Source: Minisyncoccota bacterium
Lineage (GTDB): Bacteria; Patescibacteriota; Minisyncoccia; Phycocordibacterales; UBA1006
Direction: 5' to 3'
Assembly (NCBI GenBank): GCA_022763365.1
Contig: JALEGN010000019.1
Span: 1 to 57,037 of the forward strand
Length of the DNA: 57,037 nt
Shown here: piece by piece, positions 29,774 through 40,089 of the stretch
Layout: each line of letters starts with the position of its first letter
Numbering within the stretch: the first letter of the stretch is position 1
Notes under the pieces: generated by a model
Seen by the model: only the letters and a program-made list of their open reading frames with translations
Told to the model about the DNA's origin: nothing
The model's database searches: none
Translations under genes and position numbers: made by a program

Positions 29774-30439
29774 ATGGAATACTCTCCTGAAACACAAAAA
29801 CAATATTTCCAGTTTGCCTATCAAACAGGAAGCGATATTTGGAGTCATATCCCGTATCGTTATAAAGCCGAGCAAATGCTTCCACCCATTGAAAAAGAAT
29901 CACTAATTTTAGACATTGGTGCGGGACGCGGTTTGTGGGCAATGAAATTGGCCAACCTTGGATTTAAAGTTCTTGGTATTGATTACATTGAATCAATCGT
30001 GAGTAAGGTAAATGAACGAATTAAAGATGAAGGTCTTCAAGAGCGAGCTCGATTTATGGTTGGGAATGCTCTTGAGATTCCTTTTGTAAATGAAGGATTT
30101 GATATGGTGACCGATGTAGGAACGCTCCAACACATTACCAAAGATAATTGGTCACTATACAATAATGAAATTGTTCGCGTCCTCAAACCGCATGGATACT
30201 ATTTAAATATTTCTCTCTCTCGAAGAACAAATAATTTTTTAGGTTTTAACCCTCGAAATAGCAGTGACGGAGATTTCACGAAATTTGGTGTTCATTATCA
30301 TTTTTTTTCCGAGTCTGAAATTACAGAAATATTTGAAAATGATTTTATGATTATTGATCAACAGTTTGAAGAATATGATACTCATTCTGATCCGCATGAT
30401 GACTTAGTACTGGTATTTACTTTGATGCAAAAAAAATAG
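29774..30439 (+). CDS. Class I SAM-dependent methyltransferase
   Basis: ILDIGAGRG, GIDY, FDMVTD, RVLKPHG. Confidence 0.9.
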   Translation: MEYSPETQKQYFQFAYQTGSDIWSHIPYRYKAEQMLPPIEKESLILDIGAGRGLWAMKLANLGFKVLGIDYIESIVSKVNERIKDEGLQERARFMVGNALEIPFVNEGFDMVTDVGTLQHITKDNWSLYNNEIVRVLKPHGYYLNISLSRRTNNFLGFNPRNSSDGDFTKFGVHYHFFSESEITEIFENDFMIIDQQFEEYDTHSDPHDDLVLVFTLMQKK

Positions 30440-30472
30440 CGACGATTGTCGCTTTTTTTGATTGATGTTAAT

Positions 30473-30850
30473 TTACTGCATATTTTTTGCTTCGATACTC
30501 AAAGTAGCGTGAGGTACTAGTTTTAATCGCTCAGGATTAATAAGTTTACCTGTCACTCGACATACGCCATAGGTTTTGTTTTCGATACGAATTAACGCAT
30601 TTTTTAAATCTCGTTTTATTTTTTCTTGACGTTGAATGAGGGTTACATTCATTTCTTTTGAATTACCCTCAGCGGCTTCTTCAAAAGGATTATGAGTTTT
30701 TCCATATTCATCACCCGATGAGGGGTTCCCATGAAGGCCAGAGAGAATATTTATCTGATTTTGAGCTTCTTGAATTTTACTTTCAATGATTGACTTAAAT
30801 TCTCCAAGCTCCTTTGAAGAGTAACGATTTCTTGTTGCAGTTTCTGCCAT
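30473..30850 (-). CDS. TraR/DksA family protein (Bacteroidota-like type)
   Basis: RYSSKELGEFK N-terminus; ALIRIENKTYGVCRVTGKLINPERLKLVPHATLSIEAK. Confidence 0.9.
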   Translation of the reverse strand: MAETATRNRYSSKELGEFKSIIESKIQEAQNQINILSGLHGNPSSGDEYGKTHNPFEEAAEGNSKEMNVTLIQRQEKIKRDLKNALIRIENKTYGVCRVTGKLINPERLKLVPHATLSIEAKNMQ

Positions 30851-30956
30851 AGTATTTAGTTGTTTTAAGTTAGAAATTTAATTTTAATAATACACAGTAT
30901 TTTTTTAGAGTCAAAAAAAACCAAGTCGAAACTTGGTTTTTATAAAGTTATTCCTG

Positions 30957-32036
30957 CTAGCTAAGAACAGGTTTTCTACTTAAAAATTTAATATGAGCAT
31001 AATGTTCTTTAACGGCCTTCCAAAAACTTACGGTTTCGTAATATGGAATATTAAATCTTCGCGCTAATGATGAAACGATATGCGCTATCTTGGGATAATG
31101 CACATGCGAAATATTAGGAAACAAATGATGTTCTACCTGATGGGTTAAACCACCGGTATACCATTTTAAAAACCTACTCTGTGTTCCAAAATTTGCTGTT
31201 GTTTCAAGTTGGTGAACTAATAACGGATCACTCACCTCTTCTTCGGTTAATACTTGTGCATCTTGATTTACATGAGCCAATTGAAAAATATGACTCAGAA
31301 TACTGCCTGCAACAAGGTGCATACATATAAATCCAAAAACGACATGAATCAATGGTAGACCAAGTAAAACAGGTAATACAAACCAAAACGCTATCAGCAC
31401 AAGCTTGCTCACAATTACAATTGTCCAAGCCCAAAAAGGTTTCGGCATATGACTATTAATTCTATTATCCTTTAGAAAACGACCAGTTTGAGTAAAATCA
31501 GTTGTAATCACCCAATTCAAAGTTAATAAACTATAGAGAACCGGTGCATACCAATGCTGAAATCTGTGATACCACAAATAGTCAGCATGTTTTGAAAAAC
31601 GGATGAATCGGCCTGCCTCGATATCTTCATCATGCCCTTCAATATTAGTAAAGGTATGGTGTAATTGATTATGTTGAACAATCCAATTATATACATTACC
31701 CGCAAGAATATAGATGCTTGCTCCCATGATTCTGTTCACCCATTTTTGAGAAGAAAAACTTCCATGGTTGGCATCGTGCATTACATTCATACCAATACCA
31801 GCCATAGCGAAACCTAAAAATAGGTATGCTCCATAGAGTATAAGAAAGTGAGGATTGCTAAGATATATCAAAGCGACAACACCAAAAAATATACTCAAAA
31901 AAAATCCTGCTTTAACAAATAATTCTTTGTTACCAGTTTTAGCTAAATTTCGCTCCTTAAAATAGGTGTTAACCTTTTTTCGAAGCTCGCGTGAAAATGT
32001 TGTAGCATCACGTGGAAATCGAATATTTTTTTTCAT
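30957..32036 (-). CDS. Membrane fatty-acid (acyl-CoA/linoleoyl-CoA-like) desaturase
   Basis: His boxes HDANH, HNQLHH, QVEHHLFP; TM segments. Confidence 0.93.
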   Translation of the reverse strand: MKKNIRFPRDATTFSRELRKKVNTYFKERNLAKTGNKELFVKAGFFLSIFFGVVALIYLSNPHFLILYGAYLFLGFAMAGIGMNVMHDANHGSFSSQKWVNRIMGASIYILAGNVYNWIVQHNQLHHTFTNIEGHDEDIEAGRFIRFSKHADYLWYHRFQHWYAPVLYSLLTLNWVITTDFTQTGRFLKDNRINSHMPKPFWAWTIVIVSKLVLIAFWFVLPVLLGLPLIHVVFGFICMHLVAGSILSHIFQLAHVNQDAQVLTEEEVSDPLLVHQLETTANFGTQSRFLKWYTGGLTHQVEHHLFPNISHVHYPKIAHIVSSLARRFNIPYYETVSFWKAVKEHYAHIKFLSRKPVLS

Positions 32037-32128
32037 ACTATCTAATTTTTTAAGTTTTACATTATTTATTAAAACTATATAGTGGCTTTTTATAAATGTC
32101 TACTGAAATCTTCTGGTATAGTAAAAGT

Positions 32129-32905
32129 ATGAAAATTATCTCATGGAATGTTAATGGCTTTAGAGCCTGGAGCAAAAAAGAAGGGACGCTTGATTTTATA
32201 AACAGGGATGAGCAACCTGATATTTTTTGCCTTCAAGAAACAAAGGCGCAGCCTGAACAAATTGATGGAAGTTTATTCAACGATTACCCCTTTCAATATT
32301 TTCACAGTGCCGAGAAAAAAGGCTATTCTTCTACTGCTGTATTTTCAAAAAAAGAACCTCTGAAGGTTTGGTATGGCATGGACAATTCTCCAATCGAAAA
32401 CGAAGGTCGCATTATCAATGCTGAATTTGATAATTTTATTCTTATAACGGTTTATACGCCAAATGCAAAGCCTGACTTGGCCCGATTAGAATTACGACAC
32501 AAAGAATGGGATGTAGCATTTCTAAAACATATGAAAAAATATGAGAAGAAAAAACCGGTTATCGTTTGTGGTGACTTAAACGCAGCGCACACTCCTATTG
32601 ATATTGCACGTCCCGATGCCAATAAAACAACTGATACCAAACCTGGGAGTCCTGGATTCACCGATCAAGAACGAGAAGGGATTACCAATTTCTTAAATGC
32701 AGGATTTGTCGATACCTACCGAAATATCTACCCTGAAAAGATTCAATATACCTGGTGGTCATATAGGGCCGGCGCACGCGCTCGTAATGTTGGCTGGAGA
32801 ATTGACTATTTCCTCAGTTCACCAAAGATTAAACTCAAAGATGCAATCATCTATGATCAGGCTCTTGGTTCTGACCATTGCCCTGTAGGAATCATAATTA
32901 CATAG
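32129..32905 (+). CDS. xth: Exodeoxyribonuclease III / AP endonuclease
   Basis: SWNVNG, CLQETK, GDLN, YTWWSYR, GWRIDYFL, SDHCP. Confidence 0.96.
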   Translation: MKIISWNVNGFRAWSKKEGTLDFINRDEQPDIFCLQETKAQPEQIDGSLFNDYPFQYFHSAEKKGYSSTAVFSKKEPLKVWYGMDNSPIENEGRIINAEFDNFILITVYTPNAKPDLARLELRHKEWDVAFLKHMKKYEKKKPVIVCGDLNAAHTPIDIARPDANKTTDTKPGSPGFTDQEREGITNFLNAGFVDTYRNIYPEKIQYTWWSYRAGARARNVGWRIDYFLSSPKIKLKDAIIYDQALGSDHCPVGIIIT

Positions 32906-32968
32906 TTTCAAATATTGATTATTTTTCAGATAAATATTTAATAGAAAGGAAGCATACTATTTATATCA

Positions 32969-33226
32969 ATGAAACACGAAATTATTTCTGAGACAGAAAT
33001 TGAAAGCATAGCCTCACGTATTTCAAATGCTGATTACGGCTCACTTCAATTATTTCTTGAAACTTTAGGAAATAATATCCTCACTGATTCAACAAAAGAT
33101 ACACAATCAGGAAGGGTCATCCTAGGAAAACAATTACAAAAACTTGGGTACCACATCAAAAATGCTGGAGAAGAATGTAAAGAGATTGCAGAACTATGCA
33201 GGCCCCATAATCAGAAGCAAGATTAA
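32969..33226 (+). CDS. Hypothetical protein
   Basis: 85-aa ORF followed by a terminator hairpin. Confidence 0.6.
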   Translation: MKHEIISETEIESIASRISNADYGSLQLFLETLGNNILTDSTKDTQSGRVILGKQLQKLGYHIKNAGEECKEIAELCRPHNQKQD

Positions 33227-33267
33227 ATTCCTTGCTTTTTTTATTATAAAAGTACTACAATAAATAT

Positions 33268-33504
33268 ATGAATGTAGAAAAAGAACAACGAAAAATACAT
33301 ACGGGAAGCATAATCTTGATGATCATTGCTCTAATAATGATTTATATCAGTATCACCAGAGGTATACTTCCTCCTGGATTAACCGGTGCTGGATTCTTAA
33401 TCCTTGTATGGATGAAAGAAGAAAAAGAAGCAATTGAACGAAGTCTGGTTAACAAGATCAATGCATTAGATAACGATGAAACTAAGGATAAAAAACAGGA
33501 CTAG
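33268..33504 (+). CDS. Small 2-TM hypothetical protein
   Basis: TACAAT 6 nt before ATG; hydrophobic hairpin; terminator overlapping the stop. Confidence 0.65.
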   Translation: MNVEKEQRKIHTGSIILMIIALIMIYISITRGILPPGLTGAGFLILVWMKEEKEAIERSLVNKINALDNDETKDKKQD

Positions 33505-33620
33505 TCCTGTTTTTTTAATTGTGGATAAGTAAAATATATTTATTCAAAGTATTGACAATATGTCAAATTAGTGTATATTTATATCAAAATATAGTTTAAC
33601 AAAATTCAAATATCTAACTC

Positions 33621-34583
33621 ATGAAAAACATCATGTACTTTTTCGTAGCTCTTGTAGCAACATTTTTTATTTCTTGTTCTTCAAACGAACAAGAAAAGGT
33701 ATCAACAGTTCCTCAATTTGTTGAAGAAGAACAAACCATTGTAAATGGTGATAAACTTTTCGAGCTTCAAGGAGACGCTAGACGTGTTCAGCACGGTGTA
33801 GTGATGTTCGAACTTTTCAAAGAAAAGTATCGAACCCAATACCCTACTGTCATTGATAGTCTTATAGCAAAACCTGAAGGTAATTGTAACTGCGCTAGTC
33901 GCAGTCAATATCTTCAAGTTAATCAACAAACTTGTATTCCATTAAGTAATAAATTACTGAATGGTAATCAAAAGTTTTTTGGTCCAAATAGCTCATTCTC
34001 AAAAGCCGAACAATTAGTTCTCATCAATCACACTGCTTGTGCCGATCAGATGAAATTATTTGAAAATGCATTTGTTAATGCCTTGAACGGTTTAAGTGAA
34101 TCAACCAAAACAATCTTAGTACCAAATCCTGATTATATTGCACCTGTTGTAAATACAACTTCAGCAAATAATTCATGGTCAGCGCCAGCTTGGTTTAAAG
34201 ATTTGTTATGGTTATTACTTGGACTGGTATTGCTTGCCTTATTTATTTGGCTTATATGTCAAATATGTAGAGGAAGTAGAAACCAGACTAATACTACTTC
34301 AGTAACTGAATCACAAGCAGCAGCTGTAATTCCGGTACAAAAGAAATGTTGCGGAGATTGCTCTTCTCGAAATACTCAATGTAGTGTATGCGATTCCTAT
34401 AAAGAATCAGCAAATGCTTTTATTGAAACATCGAAAACAGGTAAAAATGTAGAAATTATTCATGAGCATGACAACCTTAAGGTTACCTTAAAGAGTCTAG
34501 AGCCAGAAGATTTCTTACCTATTTCTATCACTGTTGTTGATGATGAAATACCATCATCGCCAGCAGCTGAAGAGGAAGAGTAA
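33621..34583 (+). CDS. Lipoprotein-signal protein with an internal TM and Cys-rich C-terminal region
   Basis: FFISC lipobox; TM LLWLLLGLVLLALFIW; CCGDC...CSVC; TTGACA promoter upstream. Confidence 0.7.
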   Translation: MKNIMYFFVALVATFFISCSSNEQEKVSTVPQFVEEEQTIVNGDKLFELQGDARRVQHGVVMFELFKEKYRTQYPTVIDSLIAKPEGNCNCASRSQYLQVNQQTCIPLSNKLLNGNQKFFGPNSSFSKAEQLVLINHTACADQMKLFENAFVNALNGLSESTKTILVPNPDYIAPVVNTTSANNSWSAPAWFKDLLWLLLGLVLLALFIWLICQICRGSRNQTNTTSVTESQAAAVIPVQKKCCGDCSSRNTQCSVCDSYKESANAFIETSKTGKNVEIIHEHDNLKVTLKSLEPEDFLPISITVVDDEIPSSPAAEEEE

Positions 34584-34642
34584 TCATCTTTTAACAATTT
34601 AAAAAACCCAAACATCTTGTTTTGGGTTTTTCTTTTTGAAAT

Positions 34643-36139
34643 TTAGACCTTATGTTTTCGATGGAGTTTTTTCACGGCTCTAAATTCCTCTTCGTCTTTT
34701 TTATCTTTGCCGGCTTCGCCGAGCTTTTTGAGCTCATGATCTTCGAGCTCAAAAAGCTCTCGCGTTCGACCTTCTAAATACTCTCTGGTATTTAGTGTTG
34801 GGTCATCCAAAACCTCTTCAAGAAGAGCATGGAGTACCCATCCCATTTTAGGTCCAGGTTTCAGTCCCATTTCACCAATCATAATGTCCCCATTAATTTT
34901 TAACATACCAACTGAAATAGGGTCACGCATAACCTCTTCAATCATCGCATGGTACTTCCGTAATCGATACGGTTTTTCTTTTGGACGTCCTGTTCCAATG
35001 CGGTCACAGGTGCGCAAATCCATTAAATCCCAAATGAGTTCTTTACCAACATTTTTAATCATCCGCCTCACTGCTGAGAGGGTGATAGCATCTGGGTCAG
35101 AGAAAAACATGTGATAACGAACGAGTTTCACAACTTTGTCCATAGTTTCATTCGGAAATTTTAATCGACGCATAATCTCCTTAGTCATCTTTGCACCAAC
35201 AACCTCATGTCCATAAAAAGTCCATTCTTTGCTGCCGCGTCCGTTGGCCTTTCGTCTCGTCCGAGGTTTCCCAATATCATGAAACAGTGCGGCAAGTTTC
35301 ACATAAAATGGATACTCTTTATAAGTTCCATGCTCAAGTGATTTAATATTATGTGTCCAAACATCAAATGAATGAATACCACCTTGCTCGCAGTCTACTC
35401 CTTCAAGCAACTCTGGAACAATGTATTCCAACAACCCGAGCTTATGTAAATGCACCATTCCATCTTTGGCATACGGTGCATCAACCAATTTTATAAACTC
35501 GTCCCGAATACGTTCGGCTGAAATATTAGCCAAAGAGGCAGCGTGTTTTTTAATTGATGTCATCGTTTCAGTTTCACATATGAAACCGAGTTGCGAAGCA
35601 AAGCGTATTGCCCGCATTATCCGAAGGGCATCTTCGGAAAATCGCTCATCAGGATTACCAACCGTCCGAATAACTGAATTACCTAAATCCTCTTTTCCTT
35701 GATAATTATCAATCAGTGAATTATGAATAGGATCATAGGCCATCGCATTAATGGTAAAGTCTCTCCGCATAAGGTCCTCATGAATATCCGTACTAAAGGA
35801 CACATCATCAGGTCTTCGGCTATCAGAATAATTTCCCTCTGTCCTATATGGGGTTATTTCTATTTCATAACCCGGGTGATTTTTTTCAAGGTCTTTGTTA
35901 ATAATACCCACAGTTCCAAAATTATTTTCATATACAACCCGTCGATCAGTTTTTTCAAACACTGAAATAATTTGCTCAGGAGTTGCATTGGTCGTCACAT
36001 CATAATCATGAGGAACTCGGGCGAGGTAGATATCACGAACGCAACCACCTACAATATACGATTCATATCCAGCGTTCTGAAGCTCATTGAGTGTCCAGAT
36101 AACTTCTTTTGGTATGCTATTTTTTTGCACCTCATTCAT
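34643..36139 (-). CDS. cca: CCA tRNA nucleotidyltransferase with HD domain
   Basis: VGGCVRD, HDYD, RRDFTINA, EDALRIMRAIRF, LFHDIGKP. Confidence 0.93.
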   Translation of the reverse strand: MNEVQKNSIPKEVIWTLNELQNAGYESYIVGGCVRDIYLARVPHDYDVTTNATPEQIISVFEKTDRRVVYENNFGTVGIINKDLEKNHPGYEIEITPYRTEGNYSDSRRPDDVSFSTDIHEDLMRRDFTINAMAYDPIHNSLIDNYQGKEDLGNSVIRTVGNPDERFSEDALRIMRAIRFASQLGFICETETMTSIKKHAASLANISAERIRDEFIKLVDAPYAKDGMVHLHKLGLLEYIVPELLEGVDCEQGGIHSFDVWTHNIKSLEHGTYKEYPFYVKLAALFHDIGKPRTRRKANGRGSKEWTFYGHEVVGAKMTKEIMRRLKFPNETMDKVVKLVRYHMFFSDPDAITLSAVRRMIKNVGKELIWDLMDLRTCDRIGTGRPKEKPYRLRKYHAMIEEVMRDPISVGMLKINGDIMIGEMGLKPGPKMGWVLHALLEEVLDDPTLNTREYLEGRTRELFELEDHELKKLGEAGKDKKDEEEFRAVKKLHRKHKV

Positions 36140-36257
36140 ACATCGAGTATAAGGTCTTCGGATATTTCAGCAAGATAGCATATGGATAAATTATTGACGT
36201 TTATAACTATAGTTGTAGTATAAAAATCAAATAATATTCACAAAAAAATATATCCTC

Positions 36258-37652
36258 ATGACACTATTTAAAGTAGGGCCTTTCGGTCAGGCAAAAAAGA
36301 TGATTAAAAATCTAGAGAAAGATTCAAAAATTAGTAAAGAAGAAAAATCTGAACTCCTTAATGAATTAAAAAAAATCAAGAAAAGTAACTCAGGAACTCA
36401 CCGTTCCCAATTACGCAATTTTAGAATCAAATTAGATTCTCTTAATGTAGAGAAGGTACGAATCCAAAAAGAAACTAATGAAATAAAAAACGAAGGCAAA
36501 GAAATTAATTCAGAAAACAAACAGCCGCTTACCTTAGTAAAAGCACAGACAGATTCTTCTGAAATTTTGAATGAAGATGAAAGCGACTATAAACAGGTTA
36601 AAGAACTTCTTAACACACTTGAGGAAACAGGAAATAAAGTTTCCCTCACTGGTGTTGATTTTTTCAAAGCGCGTAAGTCAATTGGCGATCCAACTTTTTT
36701 GGAAAATATTACTAATCGAAAAGAGTATAAAAAAGAAGCTCACGAATTAATTGAAAATTCCAACGAAGAAAATTTTCATGACATTGCCATTTTCTTCAAA
36801 AATAAAAAAGAAACTAAAAACCTCAATCGAGTTCTCCAGAAACACCTAAGGAATTGCTCAAGAGTACGTATGCTTCGAACCGTCCAAGAAATCTACGGAG
36901 GGACTTCGGAAGAAGCTAAATACACCGTTGCCAATATCTACTTGACCCAAGGCGATTACAAATCAGCTCGAGAAGTGTATCCAATTGGAGATCTTGCACA
37001 AACGGCTCTTGGAGCCTGCTTACGCTATGCCCGCGAACATCACGATCACCTAACTGAATTACACTGTTCAGTTGAAATGAACAATGAACAATGTATGGTT
37101 CAATCAATACAGAGGTTATGGGAATCACACAAGAGTATTCTAGAGATTAATTCTCTGGTAAAAGATTTACCACGAGCTCACAGCTCGTTTGAAATACTTT
37201 TGAAAAAACTCATTAATGAAGAACATGGCGAAAACACAAAAACTTTTGTTCAAATAAAAAATCTTTTTAAGATAAAGAATACTTACAAAGAAACAGCAAA
37301 GTTATTGATTCGCAAATTAGCTCATCTTGGAAAATATAAAAAGATGAAACTAATCATGGAAACTCAAGGTATAGAACCTCAAGAAGATTTTGTTAAATTT
37401 GTTTGCTCAAATTTACAAGATCAGTTAGTGCAAAATCATAAGTTTAACGAGGAACAAGAATTACTAGGATTATATACATTCCTTAACAATCACAACTACG
37501 GCTCTATGGTAGCGAAACTAAAAGACGTTATTATTGGGTACTATCAACGAATAAATAACTTCGATGAATATATGAGCTTCAATGAACTTATGTGGAATAT
37601 CGAACGAGAAAGAATAACAAAAGAAGAAAAATCAGCGGTCATCGCTGCATAA
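36258..37652 (+). CDS. Hypothetical helical protein
   Basis: 464-aa ORF with its own promoter (TTGACG) and terminator; no recognisable motif. Confidence 0.7.
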   Translation: MTLFKVGPFGQAKKMIKNLEKDSKISKEEKSELLNELKKIKKSNSGTHRSQLRNFRIKLDSLNVEKVRIQKETNEIKNEGKEINSENKQPLTLVKAQTDSSEILNEDESDYKQVKELLNTLEETGNKVSLTGVDFFKARKSIGDPTFLENITNRKEYKKEAHELIENSNEENFHDIAIFFKNKKETKNLNRVLQKHLRNCSRVRMLRTVQEIYGGTSEEAKYTVANIYLTQGDYKSAREVYPIGDLAQTALGACLRYAREHHDHLTELHCSVEMNNEQCMVQSIQRLWESHKSILEINSLVKDLPRAHSSFEILLKKLINEEHGENTKTFVQIKNLFKIKNTYKETAKLLIRKLAHLGKYKKMKLIMETQGIEPQEDFVKFVCSNLQDQLVQNHKFNEEQELLGLYTFLNNHNYGSMVAKLKDVIIGYYQRINNFDEYMSFNELMWNIERERITKEEKSAVIAA

Positions 37653-37719
37653 TATATATCCCTTATCATTAAGATGAGGGATTTTTATTTTTGTGAGCAA
37701 TTCTTGGTATACTACAGAT

Positions 37720-39474
37720 ATGAATTACGAAAATATCAAACAGAATCTCTCAAAAATCCTTGAAGGTGATGTCACAATTGATAATGCAGAATTGACGAGT
37801 CATAGTACCGACTGGAGTCTTTTTAAAATCATGCCGGACATGGTGGTCTATCCAAAACACGCACAAGATTTAGAACAACTGGTTTCATTTGTAAATGATT
37901 ACAACAACAATTCACATGAAAAATTATCATTAACAGCTCGTGCAGCTGGTTCTGGAATGTCAGGCGGATCGTTGAATCATTCTATTATTGTTGACGTTAC
38001 TAAATACATGAACGCCATTGGCGAAGTAACCATTGGAGATTTTGGATCTCAATCAGTGCGGGGAAATTTCAGCTATCCTATTACGGGTTACGCTACGGTA
38101 GAGCCGGGTTCAAAATATATTCCTTTTGAGGAACAAACAATGGAGCACAATATGCTCATGCCAACCTTCCCTGCCTCACGAAAATTATGTGCTATTGGTG
38201 GAATGGTTGCCAATAACGGAGCTGGAGAAAAATCATTAAAATATGGTCAAAACAAAGATTTTGTTCAATCACTCAAGGTCATCTTAGCTGACGGAAACGA
38301 GTACACACTCGAGCCAATGAATTATGATCAATTGCGGAAACTCATTTCTAAAAAACATTTTTATGCTCAGATTGCTGGGGAAATGTATGAACTCGTGAAA
38401 AAGAATTTTGATCTCATTCAGTCTAAAAAACCTACGACCAGTAAAAACTCAGCAGGATACCTTATTTGGGATGCCTTACAAGCAAAATCAATCGAAGATT
38501 TTGAAAACGGAAATGGATTCTTTGATATGACAAAATTAATTGTCGGAGCTCAAGGAACAACAGGAATTATCAGCGAGGTTACCTATAAATTAACAGAACA
38601 TGAAGATAAAGAAGAAATGATTGTTTCGTTCGTTAATGATATTCATCAATTACCAAAAATTGTAGAAGTTTTGAAAAAACATGACCTTGATACCATTGAA
38701 CTCTATGATGACAACACTTTTAAAATCGGTGTTAAATTCTTTGCAGATTTCATTAAAGACAAAGGTTTCTTCCAAGCCATCAAATATTCAGTTCGGTTCC
38801 TGCCAGAATTTTGGATGGCGATAACCGGTGGTGTACCTAAATTTGTCGTATTAGCTGAATCAGCTGATAATGATGCCGAGAAAGTTCATCAGGAAGTACT
38901 GGCAGAATTTGAAGATCTTAAAAAAGAAATTCCTGACCTGAAATCATTTGTCGTAAAAGGAAAAGAATCTCAAAAATATTGGGACTTCAGGCATGATAGT
39001 TTCAAACTCCTCACTGAGCACTCTATGAAAACACGTAAAGAAGGGTCAGGAACGCGAACGGCACCATTCATTGATGATATCGCGGTGAACCCAGAACACC
39101 TTCCTGAATATATCCCGCGCCTTGTTGAAATGCTCGAACCCTATAAAGGTGAGTTTATGTACACCATTGCTGGACACCTTGGAAATGGGAATTTCCATAT
39201 TATTCCATTGGTGGATATGAATAAACAGCAAAACAAAGATCACATTGTTGAAATTTCTGAAAAGGTATATGACCTTGCCCTTGAATACAACGGATCAATT
39301 ACTGCTGAACATAACGATGGAATTGTACGAACGCCATTCCTCCCACAAATGTTTGGCGAAGACATGATGACCGTCTTCAAAAAAATTAAAGATATCATGG
39401 ATCCACATAATATCTTTAACCCAGGTAAAAAAATTGGTATGACGAAAGAAGATATTCATAAATATCTCGCATAA
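37720..39474 (+). CDS. FAD-binding oxidoreductase, GlcD/D-lactate dehydrogenase family
   Basis: RAAGSGMSG, AIGGMVANN, GAQGTTGII, GHLGNGNFH, SITAEHNDG, DPHNIFNPGK. Confidence 0.9.
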   Translation: MNYENIKQNLSKILEGDVTIDNAELTSHSTDWSLFKIMPDMVVYPKHAQDLEQLVSFVNDYNNNSHEKLSLTARAAGSGMSGGSLNHSIIVDVTKYMNAIGEVTIGDFGSQSVRGNFSYPITGYATVEPGSKYIPFEEQTMEHNMLMPTFPASRKLCAIGGMVANNGAGEKSLKYGQNKDFVQSLKVILADGNEYTLEPMNYDQLRKLISKKHFYAQIAGEMYELVKKNFDLIQSKKPTTSKNSAGYLIWDALQAKSIEDFENGNGFFDMTKLIVGAQGTTGIISEVTYKLTEHEDKEEMIVSFVNDIHQLPKIVEVLKKHDLDTIELYDDNTFKIGVKFFADFIKDKGFFQAIKYSVRFLPEFWMAITGGVPKFVVLAESADNDAEKVHQEVLAEFEDLKKEIPDLKSFVVKGKESQKYWDFRHDSFKLLTEHSMKTRKEGSGTRTAPFIDDIAVNPEHLPEYIPRLVEMLEPYKGEFMYTIAGHLGNGNFHIIPLVDMNKQQNKDHIVEISEKVYDLALEYNGSITAEHNDGIVRTPFLPQMFGEDMMTVFKKIKDIMDPHNIFNPGKKIGMTKEDIHKYLA

Positions 39475-39498
39475 GAAAAACCACCTTTTCTGGGTGGT

Positions 39499-40026
39499 TT
39501 ATTTTTTTGTAAAAATCTCTCCTTTTAAGGCATCATCTGAATAGATATGCAGGGTTTGCCCCGCCTCCAAACATTGCATGCTATGAATTCCATTACACAT
39601 AGTCCGACTTTGGGCGCAAATACCAAAGGTATCACCAGGTAACATAATCATTGACTGAACAGGTTCTACAATCTTTTGCTGTGTATCAATTATCTTGTAC
39701 AGATGCATAAGATACTTCCCACTAAGTATCTGATAGTACATATATTGTGGATGACCATGAATACGACAACTGGTTTTTGTAGGTTTCCAGTGACCCATAA
39801 TAACCTCAAAATTCTCGTCATACGTTTCATTATCATTGAACTCTTTTCCTAATACTTGCCGTTTATAATGACAATCCTTAGGAGAGTCAAAAGGGATATC
39901 TGATGCTAGAGCAGAAAGCTTTTCATTATTCCTAGCGAATGCTTCAATAAGTGATTCTCGCTGATACTGTGATTTTAGGGCAAGTACATACCCTAAAATG
40001 TTATTGGTATGATTAACTTGCTTCAT
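39499..40026 (-). CDS. Cysteine dioxygenase-like cupin
   Basis: YKR...FEVIMGHW...IHGH...IHSM...TLHIYS pattern of CDO-type cupins. Confidence 0.7.
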   Translation of the reverse strand: MKQVNHTNNILGYVLALKSQYQRESLIEAFARNNEKLSALASDIPFDSPKDCHYKRQVLGKEFNDNETYDENFEVIMGHWKPTKTSCRIHGHPQYMYYQILSGKYLMHLYKIIDTQQKIVEPVQSMIMLPGDTFGICAQSRTMCNGIHSMQCLEAGQTLHIYSDDALKGEIFTKK

Positions 40027-40089
40027 AATTTTATTTTATTTACTTTTAGTATAACCAAAATAAAAAACCTGCCTATGCAGGTTTCTTTA

